A stretch of DNA of 64,000 nt from Candidatus Eiseniibacteriota bacterium (GTDB lineage Bacteria; Eisenbacteria; RBG-16-71-46; SZUA-252), in contig JANMQV010000009.1 of the NCBI GenBank assembly GCA_031370645.1, forward strand, positions 2,200 to 66,199, read 5' to 3'. Below are positions 46,244-56,117 of this stretch, piece after piece. A model generated the notes under the pieces. The model saw only the letters and a program-made list of their open reading frames with translations, was not told the DNA's origin and did no database searches. How positions within the stretch are numbered: the first letter of the stretch is position 1; each line of letters begins with the position of its first letter. A program made the translations under genes and the position numbers.

Positions 46244-46972
46244 TTGAAGCAAAGCCGACTTTGGATCCCTGCTCTGATCATCGCCGTCATGGCGGTGAAT
46301 GCTCCCGCGGCCTTTGCTATTCCCGCCCTGCAGCTTTATTGCCCGGACGCCACGTACGACCAGCTGAACGAAACGTGGGTGATCTCCGATAACACCTTCG
46401 AGCTCCAGGTCATCGGCGCCGTCGGGAGTTATGGATCGATCTACGACGTGACGCTCGCGGCCTCGTTCTACGGCACCGGCGGCAACATGAGTATTCTCCC
46501 TGGACTCGCGGTCGACGCAGACTACGCCGACAAGCCGGGCTTCAAGGCAGGGGTCTCCAATCACGCCGAGTTCAAGAACGCGAACAGCCACGCGTTCTAC
46601 GACATCGGCGACTTCACGAAGACGACCGACACGATTTACGATTACACTGGCGGACCGCTCGGTTCGGCGAAGCAGGGCGAGATCAAGTCGTACATGATCC
46701 ACATCACTGGTTACGACGCGGTCCACTTCGACGCCTTCGACCACTACTACACGCAGCAGGGTCGGACGGCGACGTACAAGCTCCACGGAGTCTTCGCCCC
46801 GTTCTCCCACGATGCGACGGGTGGCGGTGGTGAAGGTGGCAGCGGTGGAGGTGGCGGTAGCGGTGGTGGTGGCGGGAACGGCGGTGGCGGTGGCTCCACG
46901 GTTCCTGAGCCCGCGTCGCTGCTTCTTCTGGCTCCGGGTCTCGCGGGACTGCTGATCCGCCGCAAGAAGTAA
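46244..46972 (+). CDS. PEP-CTERM sorting-domain protein (exosortase substrate)
   Basis: Signal peptide (IPALIIAVMAVNAPAAFA), a Gly-rich linker (GGGGEGGSGGGGGSGGGGGNGGGGGS), then VPEPASLLLLAPGLAGLLIRRKK: PEP motif + TM helix + basic tail. TTG start 9 nt after GGGAGAGG. Confidence 0.85.
   Translation: MKQSRLWIPALIIAVMAVNAPAAFAIPALQLYCPDATYDQLNETWVISDNTFELQVIGAVGSYGSIYDVTLAASFYGTGGNMSILPGLAVDADYADKPGFKAGVSNHAEFKNANSHAFYDIGDFTKTTDTIYDYTGGPLGSAKQGEIKSYMIHITGYDAVHFDAFDHYYTQQGRTATYKLHGVFAPFSHDATGGGGEGGSGGGGGSGGGGGNGGGGGSTVPEPASLLLLAPGLAGLLIRRKK
46816..46900 (+). repeat. Glycine-codon simple repeat (GGN)n inside the PEP-CTERM gene linker
   Basis: ggtggcggtggtgaaggtggcagcggtggaggtggcggtagcggtggtggtggcgggaacggcggtggcggtggc. 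Confidence 0.5.
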
Positions 46973-47007
46973 TAGCAGTACCGAACATCAACGACGCGAC
47001 ACAACGA

Positions 47008-47046
47008 AGCCGGATCGACTCTCCAGTCGGTCCGGCTCTTCTATTG
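47008..47046 (+). terminator. Rho-independent terminator after the PEP-CTERM gene
   Basis: 12-bp GC-rich stem (GCCGGAUCGACU / AGUCGGUCCGGC, one G-U pair), a CUCC loop, and a UCUUCUAUU tail 36 nt after the stop. Confidence 0.4.
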
Positions 47047-47072
47047 CGCGGTGAAGGGAACCCGCCGCGTCC

Positions 47073-47102
47073 TTGACACGTCCTTCGGGCACCGCCTATA
47101 GT
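47073..47102 (+). promoter_or_regulatory. Sigma70-like promoter (TTGACA-18-TATAGT) directly abutting the start codon of the next gene
   Basis: Perfect -35 hexamer and a 5/6 -10 hexamer. The -10 ends 8 nt before the ATG at 47111, implying a leaderless or near-leaderless mRNA. Confidence 0.35.
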
Positions 47103-47110
47103 GCGCGGCG

Positions 47111-48202
47111 ATGGCCAAGCCTTCGATCCTTCCTCTGCTAATTCTCACCACGCTACTCGTCCCCACGTTTGCATCCGCGCAGGCGGCGGCCTCTGACGTT
47201 CCAGTTGCGCCGCAGGCGCCCCGCGAACTTCTCACGATTCTAGCCGAGCCGGCCCAGACACGCCTCCGCCTCGACTCGAAGAGCGGCGAGATTCACGGCC
47301 TGGCCCCGCTCGACGTCGCCGCGACCTTTGAGGGGCCGTTCCGCGTCACCCTCGAAGGACCACGCGTGGCGCGCACTCGTGGATCGATCGTCATTCCGGG
47401 TCACGGCGGAAGGGTATCTCTGCTCTCCGAGCCGCGTCAGCCTAGCTTGGAGCTTCTGGTGCGGTCGCTCAACTTCCCGGGCGTCGCCAATATCACGACT
47501 GGCCGGACGGGGCGCGGAATCGTCCTCGGCGTGGCGGCCATCGGCGGCCTGTTCGCTACGACTCGCGCTCACATGATGTATCGCGATCGACTCGGGGAGT
47601 TCGGCGACTATGCGGCCGACCGTGCCCGCGACGAGCGCCTCTCTCGGAATTCCTGGGCGCGCTACAGCGCCGCGACATGGGGGGTGAGCGCGGTCGACTA
47701 CTGGCTCCGCCCGCGCCTCGCGATCGAAGAGGTCGCGAACCAACGCCTCGTCCTTTCCGCCCCGGCCGTCACGCGAACCTCCATCGTCTGGCGGTCGCTT
47801 CTGATCCCGGGCGCCGGGCAGGAATTCGCGAACCACAGCGGCCGCGGCGCGCTTTGGCTTGGAGCCACGTTGGCCGCCGGCGCGGGGCTCGTGGTGGCCG
47901 ACGGCATGGTGGAGCGTGATCAGACTCGGGTCGATTGGGCGGAAATGCAGATCGACAGCGCGGGCCCGACGGAGCGTGTCGAGCGCGTGCGTGACTGGGA
48001 ACGCCGGAAGCGCGATCTCCAATCCTCCGAAGACCTGCGACGCGGATTTCGCTACGGCCTGATCGGCTCCTATCTCGCGAACGTCGTCGATGCGATCTTC
48101 GTCCCCATGGGACGTCCCGCTCCGGTAGGGAAGGCGCGGCTCTCCACCTCGGCGATCATCCGACCGGATGGTCCCGAGCTCGTAACGACTCTCCACTTCT
48201 AG
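47111..48202 (+). CDS. Secreted/membrane hypothetical protein with DUF5683-like motif
   Basis: Signal peptide (LLILTTLLVPTFASAQA). The central SLLIPGAGQEF...ALWLGATLAAGAGLVV resembles the S-x-(L/I)PG-x-GQ motif plus TM of DUF5683. Confidence 0.5.
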   Translation: MAKPSILPLLILTTLLVPTFASAQAAASDVPVAPQAPRELLTILAEPAQTRLRLDSKSGEIHGLAPLDVAATFEGPFRVTLEGPRVARTRGSIVIPGHGGRVSLLSEPRQPSLELLVRSLNFPGVANITTGRTGRGIVLGVAAIGGLFATTRAHMMYRDRLGEFGDYAADRARDERLSRNSWARYSAATWGVSAVDYWLRPRLAIEEVANQRLVLSAPAVTRTSIVWRSLLIPGAGQEFANHSGRGALWLGATLAAGAGLVVADGMVERDQTRVDWAEMQIDSAGPTERVERVRDWERRKRDLQSSEDLRRGFRYGLIGSYLANVVDAIFVPMGRPAPVGKARLSTSAIIRPDGPELVTTLHF

Positions 48203-48543
48203 GCAGCCCTCCTTACGGCGGCGCGCACGCGCCTGCATCGCGCACCCTCCCGGCGCGTTCGAGCCAATCTCTCTCCTTCTTCGAACCCTCATCGCGAGAC
48301 GCCTCACTGTGCAATATGCGGCATCCGTACCGATCCGTGCGTGGCTGGTTCGACGCGCCGCCATGCGCGCGATGCACCCCCTTGCGCCGCAACGAAGTCG
48401 AGGCTCGCGGAGCGCCGCAGCGCCGCTTTTCCCGTGGCACGCTAACTGCTTTAACGGGAAGTGGGTCTGCTGTGTCGCACCGCGCCAGGGGGTCGAAGGC
48501 CGGCGACCAGGCTATGGGGGATTCTTCAGACGGGAGATTTCTT

Positions 48544-50127
48544 ATGACTTGGTCCACTCCGGGTCGAACGACGCCGAAGCACGCGATGCTCCGACTCGCT
48601 CCTCTCGCTGTTCTGATGGCCACACTCCTGTACCCGGGGGTACGTGGCACCGCATCCGCCGCGCTCGTCGGCGGGTCGTCGGCGGACTTCCTTCAGTTCG
48701 AGGTCGGCGGTCGATCGGCGGGCATGGGCGGCGCCCAAACGGGCGTCGCGACGGGCGTGACGGCTCAGTTCTGGAACCCCGCACTCTTGGCGACGCTTCA
48801 GAATCCGGAGGTCGGTGCGCTGCACGCCTCGTGGCTACAGGACCTGAGCTACGAGTGGGTCGGCTATGCGCGCCCCCTCGGATCGAGCCTCGGCGTTGGA
48901 TCGGTCTCGGCGGCGTACTTCCATATGCCGAGCATCCAGGGCGTCGATGAGTTCAACAACCCGACCGGCACCTTCCGCGTCTACGACCTCGCGATCACGG
49001 CCGGACTCTCGCGGCCCGTCGCGCGCGGCGTGAACGTCGGCGCCAATCTCAAGATGATCCGGCAGAATCTCGCGACCGTTTCAGCGACGGGCGTGGCCGC
49101 CGATTTCGGCGTCGCGGCGGCCGTGCTCGGCGGCACGGTCGGCCTCGCGGTCCAGAATGTGGGACCGAACATGGCGTACAGCGATGCCGCCTCCTACCCG
49201 CTACCGCAGCAGATCCGCTTCGGCGTGAGCCGCGGCTTTCTTCAAGAGCGCCTTCTTGTCGCGGCCGACTACAACTCGCCCCGCAACTATTTTAACGACG
49301 TCCGACTCGGCACCGAGTTCAAGGCGCACCGGAACATCTCCATTCGTCTCGGTTATCGCTATGAACTCGGAAGCTCGAACGACCCGGTCACCGGGCTCTC
49401 GTACGGACTCGGCCTTCACTTCGGCCCGGCATCGCTCGATTACGCGATGACTCCGAGCAACGACTTCGACAACGTGCAGCGCTTCGCGTTCGGATACAGT
49501 TTCGGCGGCGGCGCCGAGGAGACGCCGGCGAAGCCGCAGGCGCCGAAGAAGCAGAAGCCGCTGCCGCCGGCGCCGCCGAAGAACCCGACCACGGTCGCCG
49601 CCGCGCCGAACGCGAAGAAGAATCCGAAGCCGGTCGCACCCGTGAGCATCCTTTCGGACACGAAGACGGTTGCCTCCGCGCCCGTGGCCCCGGTCGTGTC
49701 GCCTGATGTCCGCTCCGCGACGGAGACTGCCGCGCCGAAGTCGAACAACACTCCGACCGAGTCGGCGCCGAGCCCCGCTCCCGTCGTGATCGCGACGGCT
49801 CCGGAGAAGGCGCCCGAAACAATCGTGGAGAAGGCCGCTGAGAAGGCTCCGGAGAAGAGTGCCCCGAAGGAATCGAAGCCCGTGAAGGTCGTCCTCGAGC
49901 ACCTCGTGTTGCTCCTCGGCTATAGCTCGATGGAAAGTGCTCAGTCCGAGATGAAGGCGCTCCAGCTACTCGGATTCAGGACGAAGGACGCGTCGATAGT
50001 GGCCGACCCGAAGGGGGGCTACGCCATTCGCCTCGCGCAGATGAAGTCGAAGGACAGCGCGGAGGGAATGGTTTCGGATCTCGCTCGGATGTCGTTTCGG
50101 GCCGTGGTACAGACCGTCCAGCGCTAG
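48544..50127 (+). CDS. PorV/PorQ-family-like outer-membrane beta-barrel protein with Pro/Lys/Ala-rich linker and C-terminal SPOR domain
   Basis: Signal peptide (MLRLAPLAVLMATLL). The N-terminal GSSADFLQFEVGGRSAGMGGAQTGVATGVTAQFWNPALLA matches the hallmark start of PorV-like barrels, followed by alternating beta-strand patterns. A low-complexity linker (PAKPQAPKKQKPLPPAPPKNP...EKAPEKSAPKESKP) follows. The C-terminal roughly 75 aa are SPOR-like (VVLEHLVLLLGYSSMESAQSEMKALQLLGF...GYAIRLAQMKSKDSAEGMVSDL). ATG 7 nt after GGGAGA. Confidence 0.55.
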   Translation: MTWSTPGRTTPKHAMLRLAPLAVLMATLLYPGVRGTASAALVGGSSADFLQFEVGGRSAGMGGAQTGVATGVTAQFWNPALLATLQNPEVGALHASWLQDLSYEWVGYARPLGSSLGVGSVSAAYFHMPSIQGVDEFNNPTGTFRVYDLAITAGLSRPVARGVNVGANLKMIRQNLATVSATGVAADFGVAAAVLGGTVGLAVQNVGPNMAYSDAASYPLPQQIRFGVSRGFLQERLLVAADYNSPRNYFNDVRLGTEFKAHRNISIRLGYRYELGSSNDPVTGLSYGLGLHFGPASLDYAMTPSNDFDNVQRFAFGYSFGGGAEETPAKPQAPKKQKPLPPAPPKNPTTVAAAPNAKKNPKPVAPVSILSDTKTVASAPVAPVVSPDVRSATETAAPKSNNTPTESAPSPAPVVIATAPEKAPETIVEKAAEKAPEKSAPKESKPVKVVLEHLVLLLGYSSMESAQSEMKALQLLGFRTKDASIVADPKGGYAIRLAQMKSKDSAEGMVSDLARMSFRAVVQTVQR

Positions 50128-50189
50128 CCCCGGGCCTCCACGGCCCGCCGCCGCCAACCGGCTGCGACAGAATAGCTTGTCGCTGGCCG

Positions 50190-50218
50190 TTGACCCCGCG
50201 ACCAAGGGAGCGTATACT
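50190..50218 (+). promoter_or_regulatory. Sigma70-like promoter (TTGACC-17-TATACT) upstream of the priming sugar transferase
   Basis: 5/6 matches in both the -35 and -10 hexamers, with a 17-nt spacer. A roughly 180-nt leader follows, containing direct repeats of ATACGTG. Confidence 0.35.
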
Positions 50219-50404
50219 TAGGGATACGTGGGGGCATAACGGGGCACCGTGGTATACGTGCGCCCCTTCCGCCTTTGCTCCCGCCACGGTGGTTCATGGT
50301 GCCGGTGCCCATGGATGCCGCGCCCAGAGGGCGCCGCTCGTAGCATTCCTCGCGAGTGGATCATTCCGCCCGGCGCAGCTTCGAGCCAACGACGGTGGCC
50401 ATTG

Positions 50405-51178
50405 ATGATTCTCCCATCAGGATATATCGGCCCCAAGGCAACCGCGGACACAAGCGTACGCCGCGACGCTCCCATCAAGCGAGCCGTCGACGTCGCCCTC
50501 TCCATCATCGGCCTCATCGTCATGCTGCCCGTCTTTGCCGTCATCGCCATCGCCATCAAACTCGACAGCCACGGGCCGATCATCTACGCCCAAGAGCGGA
50601 TCGGGCTGAATCGCCGCCGCGGCGCCTCGCGTCACGGGGGTTCGGGGACTGGCAACGGCAATGGCCACGAGAAACATGAAAACGGCAACGGCGCGACCAT
50701 TCTGACGCTGACTCCGGAACGCCGTCGTCGCGACACGTACGGCCGTCCATTCAAGATCTACAAGTTCCGAAGCATGGTGACCGACGCCGAGAAGAACACC
50801 GGCCCCGTCTGGGCGGCGAAGAGCGATTCGCGCATCACGCGGGTCGGCAACATTCTCCGAAAGACGAGGCTCGACGAGTTCCCGCAGCTCTGGAACGTCC
50901 TCCGTGGCGACATGAGCATCGTGGGCCCGCGCCCCGAGCGCCCGACGTTCGTGGTCGAGCTGACGCAGTCGCTTCCGGACTATCCGCAGCGCTGCAACAC
51001 GCTCCCGGGCATCACCGGACTCGCGCAGGTGAAGTGGCAGTACGACACTTCCATCGAGACCGTGAATCGCAAATTGGAATACGATCTCTACTATGTGCGC
51101 CATCGCCGCCTGCTACTCGATCTGAAGATCATGGCCGCCACGGTGAAGGTGATGGCCCGGGGAGAGGGCGCGCACTAG
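50405..51178 (+). CDS. Undecaprenyl-phosphate sugar phosphotransferase (bacterial sugar transferase, WbaP/WcaJ C-terminal-domain type)
   Basis: Single TM ([22 protein letters not shown]), then [30 protein letters not shown] and GITGLAQV motifs. A Gly/Asn/His-rich insertion ([29 protein letters not shown]) sits between the TM and the catalytic domain. Confidence 0.8.
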   Translation: MILPSGYIGPKATADTSVRRDAPIKRAVDVALSIIGLIVMLPVFAVIAIAIKLDSHGPIIYAQERIGLNRRRGASRHGGSGTGNGNGHEKHENGNGATILTLTPERRRRDTYGRPFKIYKFRSMVTDAEKNTGPVWAAKSDSRITRVGNILRKTRLDEFPQLWNVLRGDMSIVGPRPERPTFVVELTQSLPDYPQRCNTLPGITGLAQVKWQYDTSIETVNRKLEYDLYYVRHRRLLLDLKIMAATVKVMARGEGAH

Positions 51179-51207
51179 TTCGCTTCTCGTCATCGATCGC
51201 GATTCGA

Positions 51208-51240
51208 AAGGCCGGCCACGCGCCGGCCTTCTTCATTTCG
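51208..51240 (+). terminator. Rho-independent terminator after the sugar transferase
   Basis: AAGGCCGGC-cacgc-GCCGGCCTT 9-bp stem followed by a T-rich tract (cttcatttcgggccttttcc), 30 nt after the stop. Confidence 0.4.
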
Positions 51241-51278
51241 GGCCTTTTCCTTGACCCCCGTCGCGCCACGATGCTAGC

Positions 51279-53192
51279 GTGCGGCCCGAGACGCGGATGC
51301 GGCATGCATGGAGCGATCGCCCCCTTCGCGATTCCACTTTGAGACAACCCACACGGAGTACGCAGCGAGCCACGGTCGAGCGGCTGTGGCGACGCGCCGA
51401 AGAGATCCGCTCGCTCTGCGGCCTTCCTCCCTTGCCGCCCGAGGTCCCGGGTTCGCCCGACGGGCCGGACGCGGCGTCGCTCGAATTCCTCGTCGATTAT
51501 CTCCTTCACGACCTCGAAGGAAATTTTCGTCGCGAGCTCGCGACGCGCGTGCAGCTCGAAGGCCTCGCCGAACTCATGGCCACGACCGCCGGGGGTTCGG
51601 AGCCCGGGCGGGGCTACGGCCTGCTCGTGAACTATCTCGCCCGCGCCCTCGACGAGCCGCGTCTTTGGATCGGTGTCGTCGACGGGCAGCCGCCGACCTT
51701 CACGCTCTTCCGGGCGGGCGATCCCACGCTTCACGACGTTCAGCCGGATCGGGTGCATCTCCAGTGGCTTCATCCCGACTGGCTCCAGTGGCTCGCCCTC
51801 GGGGAGGGGGAGCCGGCGCTCTGGTCGGACCCCACCGGTTCGCGGAAAGGCGGCCCATGGCACGCCGTGCCGATTCGAGGCGAGATCCCGCACGATCGTT
51901 TCACCGGCGAGGTGACGGCCTGTCCCGGCTCGCTCGCCTCGGGCGACGCCTGCGCGCTCTCGCGCGGCCCTCTCGAAGAAATGGCGGGCGGGCACCGAGC
52001 CTGCGGCCGCTGCCAATTCCGCCGCATCGCAGGTCTCGTCGGGATCGAGGGGACTCTTCCGACGGAGCGGCGCGCGAGCCTTGAAGCCGTCGCCCCATCG
52101 CTCGGGCCGATCCTCGTCACCCTCGCGCTCCGTGAGGCGCTCGATCTCGAGGCGCGCTTCCGGGACGGCGTGATCGAGGAACTTCCGCTCGGAATCGTGG
52201 CCATTGACGAGCGGGGCCGCGCCCTCGCCTGGAATCGCGCGGCGGAGTCGATCGTCGGTCTCTCGAAGGAGCAGGTGCGTTCCACGCCGCTCGCAAGACT
52301 GCTGCCGGACCGGAGCTGGCATCAATCGCTCGTCCGGAGCCTCGAACTCGGCGTGGAGACCGATCGGACCGAGCACGACGTCGTCCGATCGGACGGGACC
52401 TCGCTCCCCGTGGAAGTCCGCACGTCCCCGCTCCGGGACGGCGAAGGGAGGATTCGGGGCGCCGTCGGAACGATGGTCGATCTCTCGAGCCTGAAGGGAA
52501 TGGAGGAGCGGATCCGCCAACTCGACCGGCTGGCCGCGGTCGGCCGATTCGTCTCGAGCGTCGCCCACGAGCTTCGAAACCCCCTGACGGGGATCGCCAC
52601 GGGCGTGCAGTACCTGAGCCGCGGGTTTCCCGAGGGGGACGAGCGCCACGAGAGCGTCACCTTCATTCTCCGCGAAGTCGTCCGGCTCAATACCATCATC
52701 CAAGACCTCTTCACGGCGGCGCGCCCTCGCGATCTCGTCCTGGCCCGTACCCCGGTCCTGGAAATCATCGACCGCGTCGTCCGGACCCTCTCCGGGGGGG
52801 CCGAAGCCTCGGGGGTCACGATCGCGCTGGAAGGTGCCGATAGGTGGCCCGATGCCATGATTGACGCCGACCAGGTCCAGCAGGTGTTCCTGAACCTGGT
52901 CGAGAACGCGATTCACGCCACCGCTCCAGGCGGAACGATTTCCATCCGCTCCGTCCGGCGATCCGCCCCGCCGGAGATCGTGGTGACCGTGGAGGACACG
53001 GGCGCGGGCATGCCGCCGGAGCAGCAGGCGCGCATCTTCGAGCCCTTCTATACGACGAAGGCGAAAGGCACCGGCCTTGGGCTCTTCGTGGCGCACGGTA
53101 TCGTGCAGCGGCATGGCGGGGCCATCGAGGTCGAAAGCGAGCCGGGCCGCGGAACTCGATTCCGCGTCGCCCTCCCCGGCACCCAGGAATAA
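51279..53192 (+). CDS. Sensor histidine kinase, PrsK-like (cytoplasmic; GAF/PAS-HisKA-HATPase)
   Basis: HisKA H-box (VSSVAHELRNPLTGI), N-box (FLNLVENAIHAT), G1/G2 boxes (VEDTGAGM, GTGLGLFVAHGIV), and a PAS-like segment (LPLGIVAIDERGRALAWNRAAESIVGL). No TM helices. The start is GTG 51279 or ATG 51297. Confidence 0.8.
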   Translation: MRPETRMRHAWSDRPLRDSTLRQPTRSTQRATVERLWRRAEEIRSLCGLPPLPPEVPGSPDGPDAASLEFLVDYLLHDLEGNFRRELATRVQLEGLAELMATTAGGSEPGRGYGLLVNYLARALDEPRLWIGVVDGQPPTFTLFRAGDPTLHDVQPDRVHLQWLHPDWLQWLALGEGEPALWSDPTGSRKGGPWHAVPIRGEIPHDRFTGEVTACPGSLASGDACALSRGPLEEMAGGHRACGRCQFRRIAGLVGIEGTLPTERRASLEAVAPSLGPILVTLALREALDLEARFRDGVIEELPLGIVAIDERGRALAWNRAAESIVGLSKEQVRSTPLARLLPDRSWHQSLVRSLELGVETDRTEHDVVRSDGTSLPVEVRTSPLRDGEGRIRGAVGTMVDLSSLKGMEERIRQLDRLAAVGRFVSSVAHELRNPLTGIATGVQYLSRGFPEGDERHESVTFILREVVRLNTIIQDLFTAARPRDLVLARTPVLEIIDRVVRTLSGGAEASGVTIALEGADRWPDAMIDADQVQQVFLNLVENAIHATAPGGTISIRSVRRSAPPEIVVTVEDTGAGMPPEQQARIFEPFYTTKAKGTGLGLFVAHGIVQRHGGAIEVESEPGRGTRFRVALPGTQE

Positions 53193-53204
53193 GAGGCGAC
53201 GCTC

Positions 53205-54633
<1,429 letters not shown>

Positions 54634-54647
<14 letters not shown>

Positions 54648-55146
54648 ACCTTTCGTCGCGGCGCTCCTCGCCGCGGCGTGTGCGGCCGGAGGCTGCGCCT
54701 ACTCGGTGTCCGGGGTCCTCCCGAGCCACCTGAAGACCCTCGCCGTCCCGGTCTTCGGCAACAACACGGTCGAGTTCCGGCTGGCCGATGACGTCACCCA
54801 GGCCATCACCGACGCGTTCCTCGCCGACCGCCGGCTTCGCATCGTGCGCGAGCGTGATGCCGACGCCGTCCTCCGCGGCACCGTCGTGGCCTACCGGAAT
54901 CAGGTCTACGGCTACACCGCGAAGGAGCGCGCCACCCAGTACGAAATTGTCCTCGTCGTCCAGGTGACGTTTCGCGACCAGGTGAAGAACCGCGTCCTCT
55001 GGAAGGAAGATCAGCTGGCGGTTCGGACGACGTACAATGTCGTCCCGCTGGGAGGGGAAATCGCGAAGACGGAGACCGATGGACGGCGCGAGGTGATTCA
55101 GAAATTGGCGGACCAGATCGTGAGCCGAACGGTGCAGGGATGGTGA
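54634..55146 (+). CDS. lptE: LPS-assembly lipoprotein LptE-like
   Basis: Lipobox (LLAAACAAGGC) followed by AYSVSGVLPSHLKTLAVPVFGNNT, typical of LptE. About 170 aa. Conserved linkage with holA and leuS. Confidence 0.6.
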
Positions 55147-56117
55147 CGGCGCGCTCCCGCGGCGGAGCCGGCGCGACCGGAACGCCGCAGGCGCTCGCGC
55201 GGGCCTGGCGCGACGGCGCGGAACCCGCTCCCTTCCTAGTCGCCACCGGGCCGAGCGACTATTGGCGCGTGCACCTCGTCGAGGCGTATCGCGAAAGCGC
55301 TGCGGCGGCGGGGGCGGAGTTCCAACGGCTGGAAGGGGACGACCTCGACGCCGAGACACTCGCGGGCGCCCTCGAGTCGCTCTCCCTCTTCGCGACGTCG
55401 CAGAGGCTTTGGATCCGCGAAGGGGCCAAACTCGAGAAGGCGTGCGAGGAGCGGCTTCTCCGGTTGGCCGGCGCTCCGATCGCCGGCGTCACCATCCTCC
55501 TCACGACCGCGCGCGATCCGTCCGAGTTGAAGTTCCTCGGCTCGCTCGCCGCGAAGGCGGCCGTCGTGTCATGCGAGGAGCGTTCGGGCGACTCCATGAA
55601 GGAGGCCCAGCGCCTCGCAACCGAAGCCGGACTGAAGCTCCCTCCGGGGCTCCTGGAAGCGATCACAGCCCGCGCCGGGTCGCTACAGTCGCTCCGTCAG
55701 GAATTGGCGAAATTGGGGGTTCTGGCGGATGGGACGGGGAAGATCGAACTCTCGGCGCTGAACGCCGTCGCGGCAGGTCGGAGCGCCGCCTCGGTGGAGC
55801 GATGGGCCGTCGCCGCTCTTCAGCGAGACGCGGCCCGTGCGCGTGTGGAGGCCGCGGCCCTGAGCGCCGAGGGATCGGCGACCGGATCCGCGCTCTGGGC
55901 GGTCGCCTCCATGGCTCTCGCGGCCCTCGAGCCACAGGCGTACGGATTTCGCCGTGGACCGTCCGGCCCGGCCCTTCGCCCCGCCGCGGCGCGGGCGGCG
56001 CTCGATGCGGTCTATCGGGCCGATCGCGCCATGAAACGGGGCGAGATCCGAGACGAGGAAGTGCTCGACGTGCTGGAACGAAGCCTGCAGGGAGGAACGA
56101 GTGTCCGAGACGCGTGA
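55140..56117 (+). CDS. holA: DNA polymerase III subunit delta (HolA)-like
   Basis: PFLVATGPSDYW...LESLSLFATSQRLWIREGAKL pattern and its length. Position between lptE and leuS as in many bacteria. Confidence 0.5.
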   Translation: MVTARSRGGAGATGTPQALARAWRDGAEPAPFLVATGPSDYWRVHLVEAYRESAAAAGAEFQRLEGDDLDAETLAGALESLSLFATSQRLWIREGAKLEKACEERLLRLAGAPIAGVTILLTTARDPSELKFLGSLAAKAAVVSCEERSGDSMKEAQRLATEAGLKLPPGLLEAITARAGSLQSLRQELAKLGVLADGTGKIELSALNAVAAGRSAASVERWAVAALQRDAARARVEAAALSAEGSATGSALWAVASMALAALEPQAYGFRRGPSGPALRPAAARAALDAVYRADRAMKRGEIRDEEVLDVLERSLQGGTSVRDA

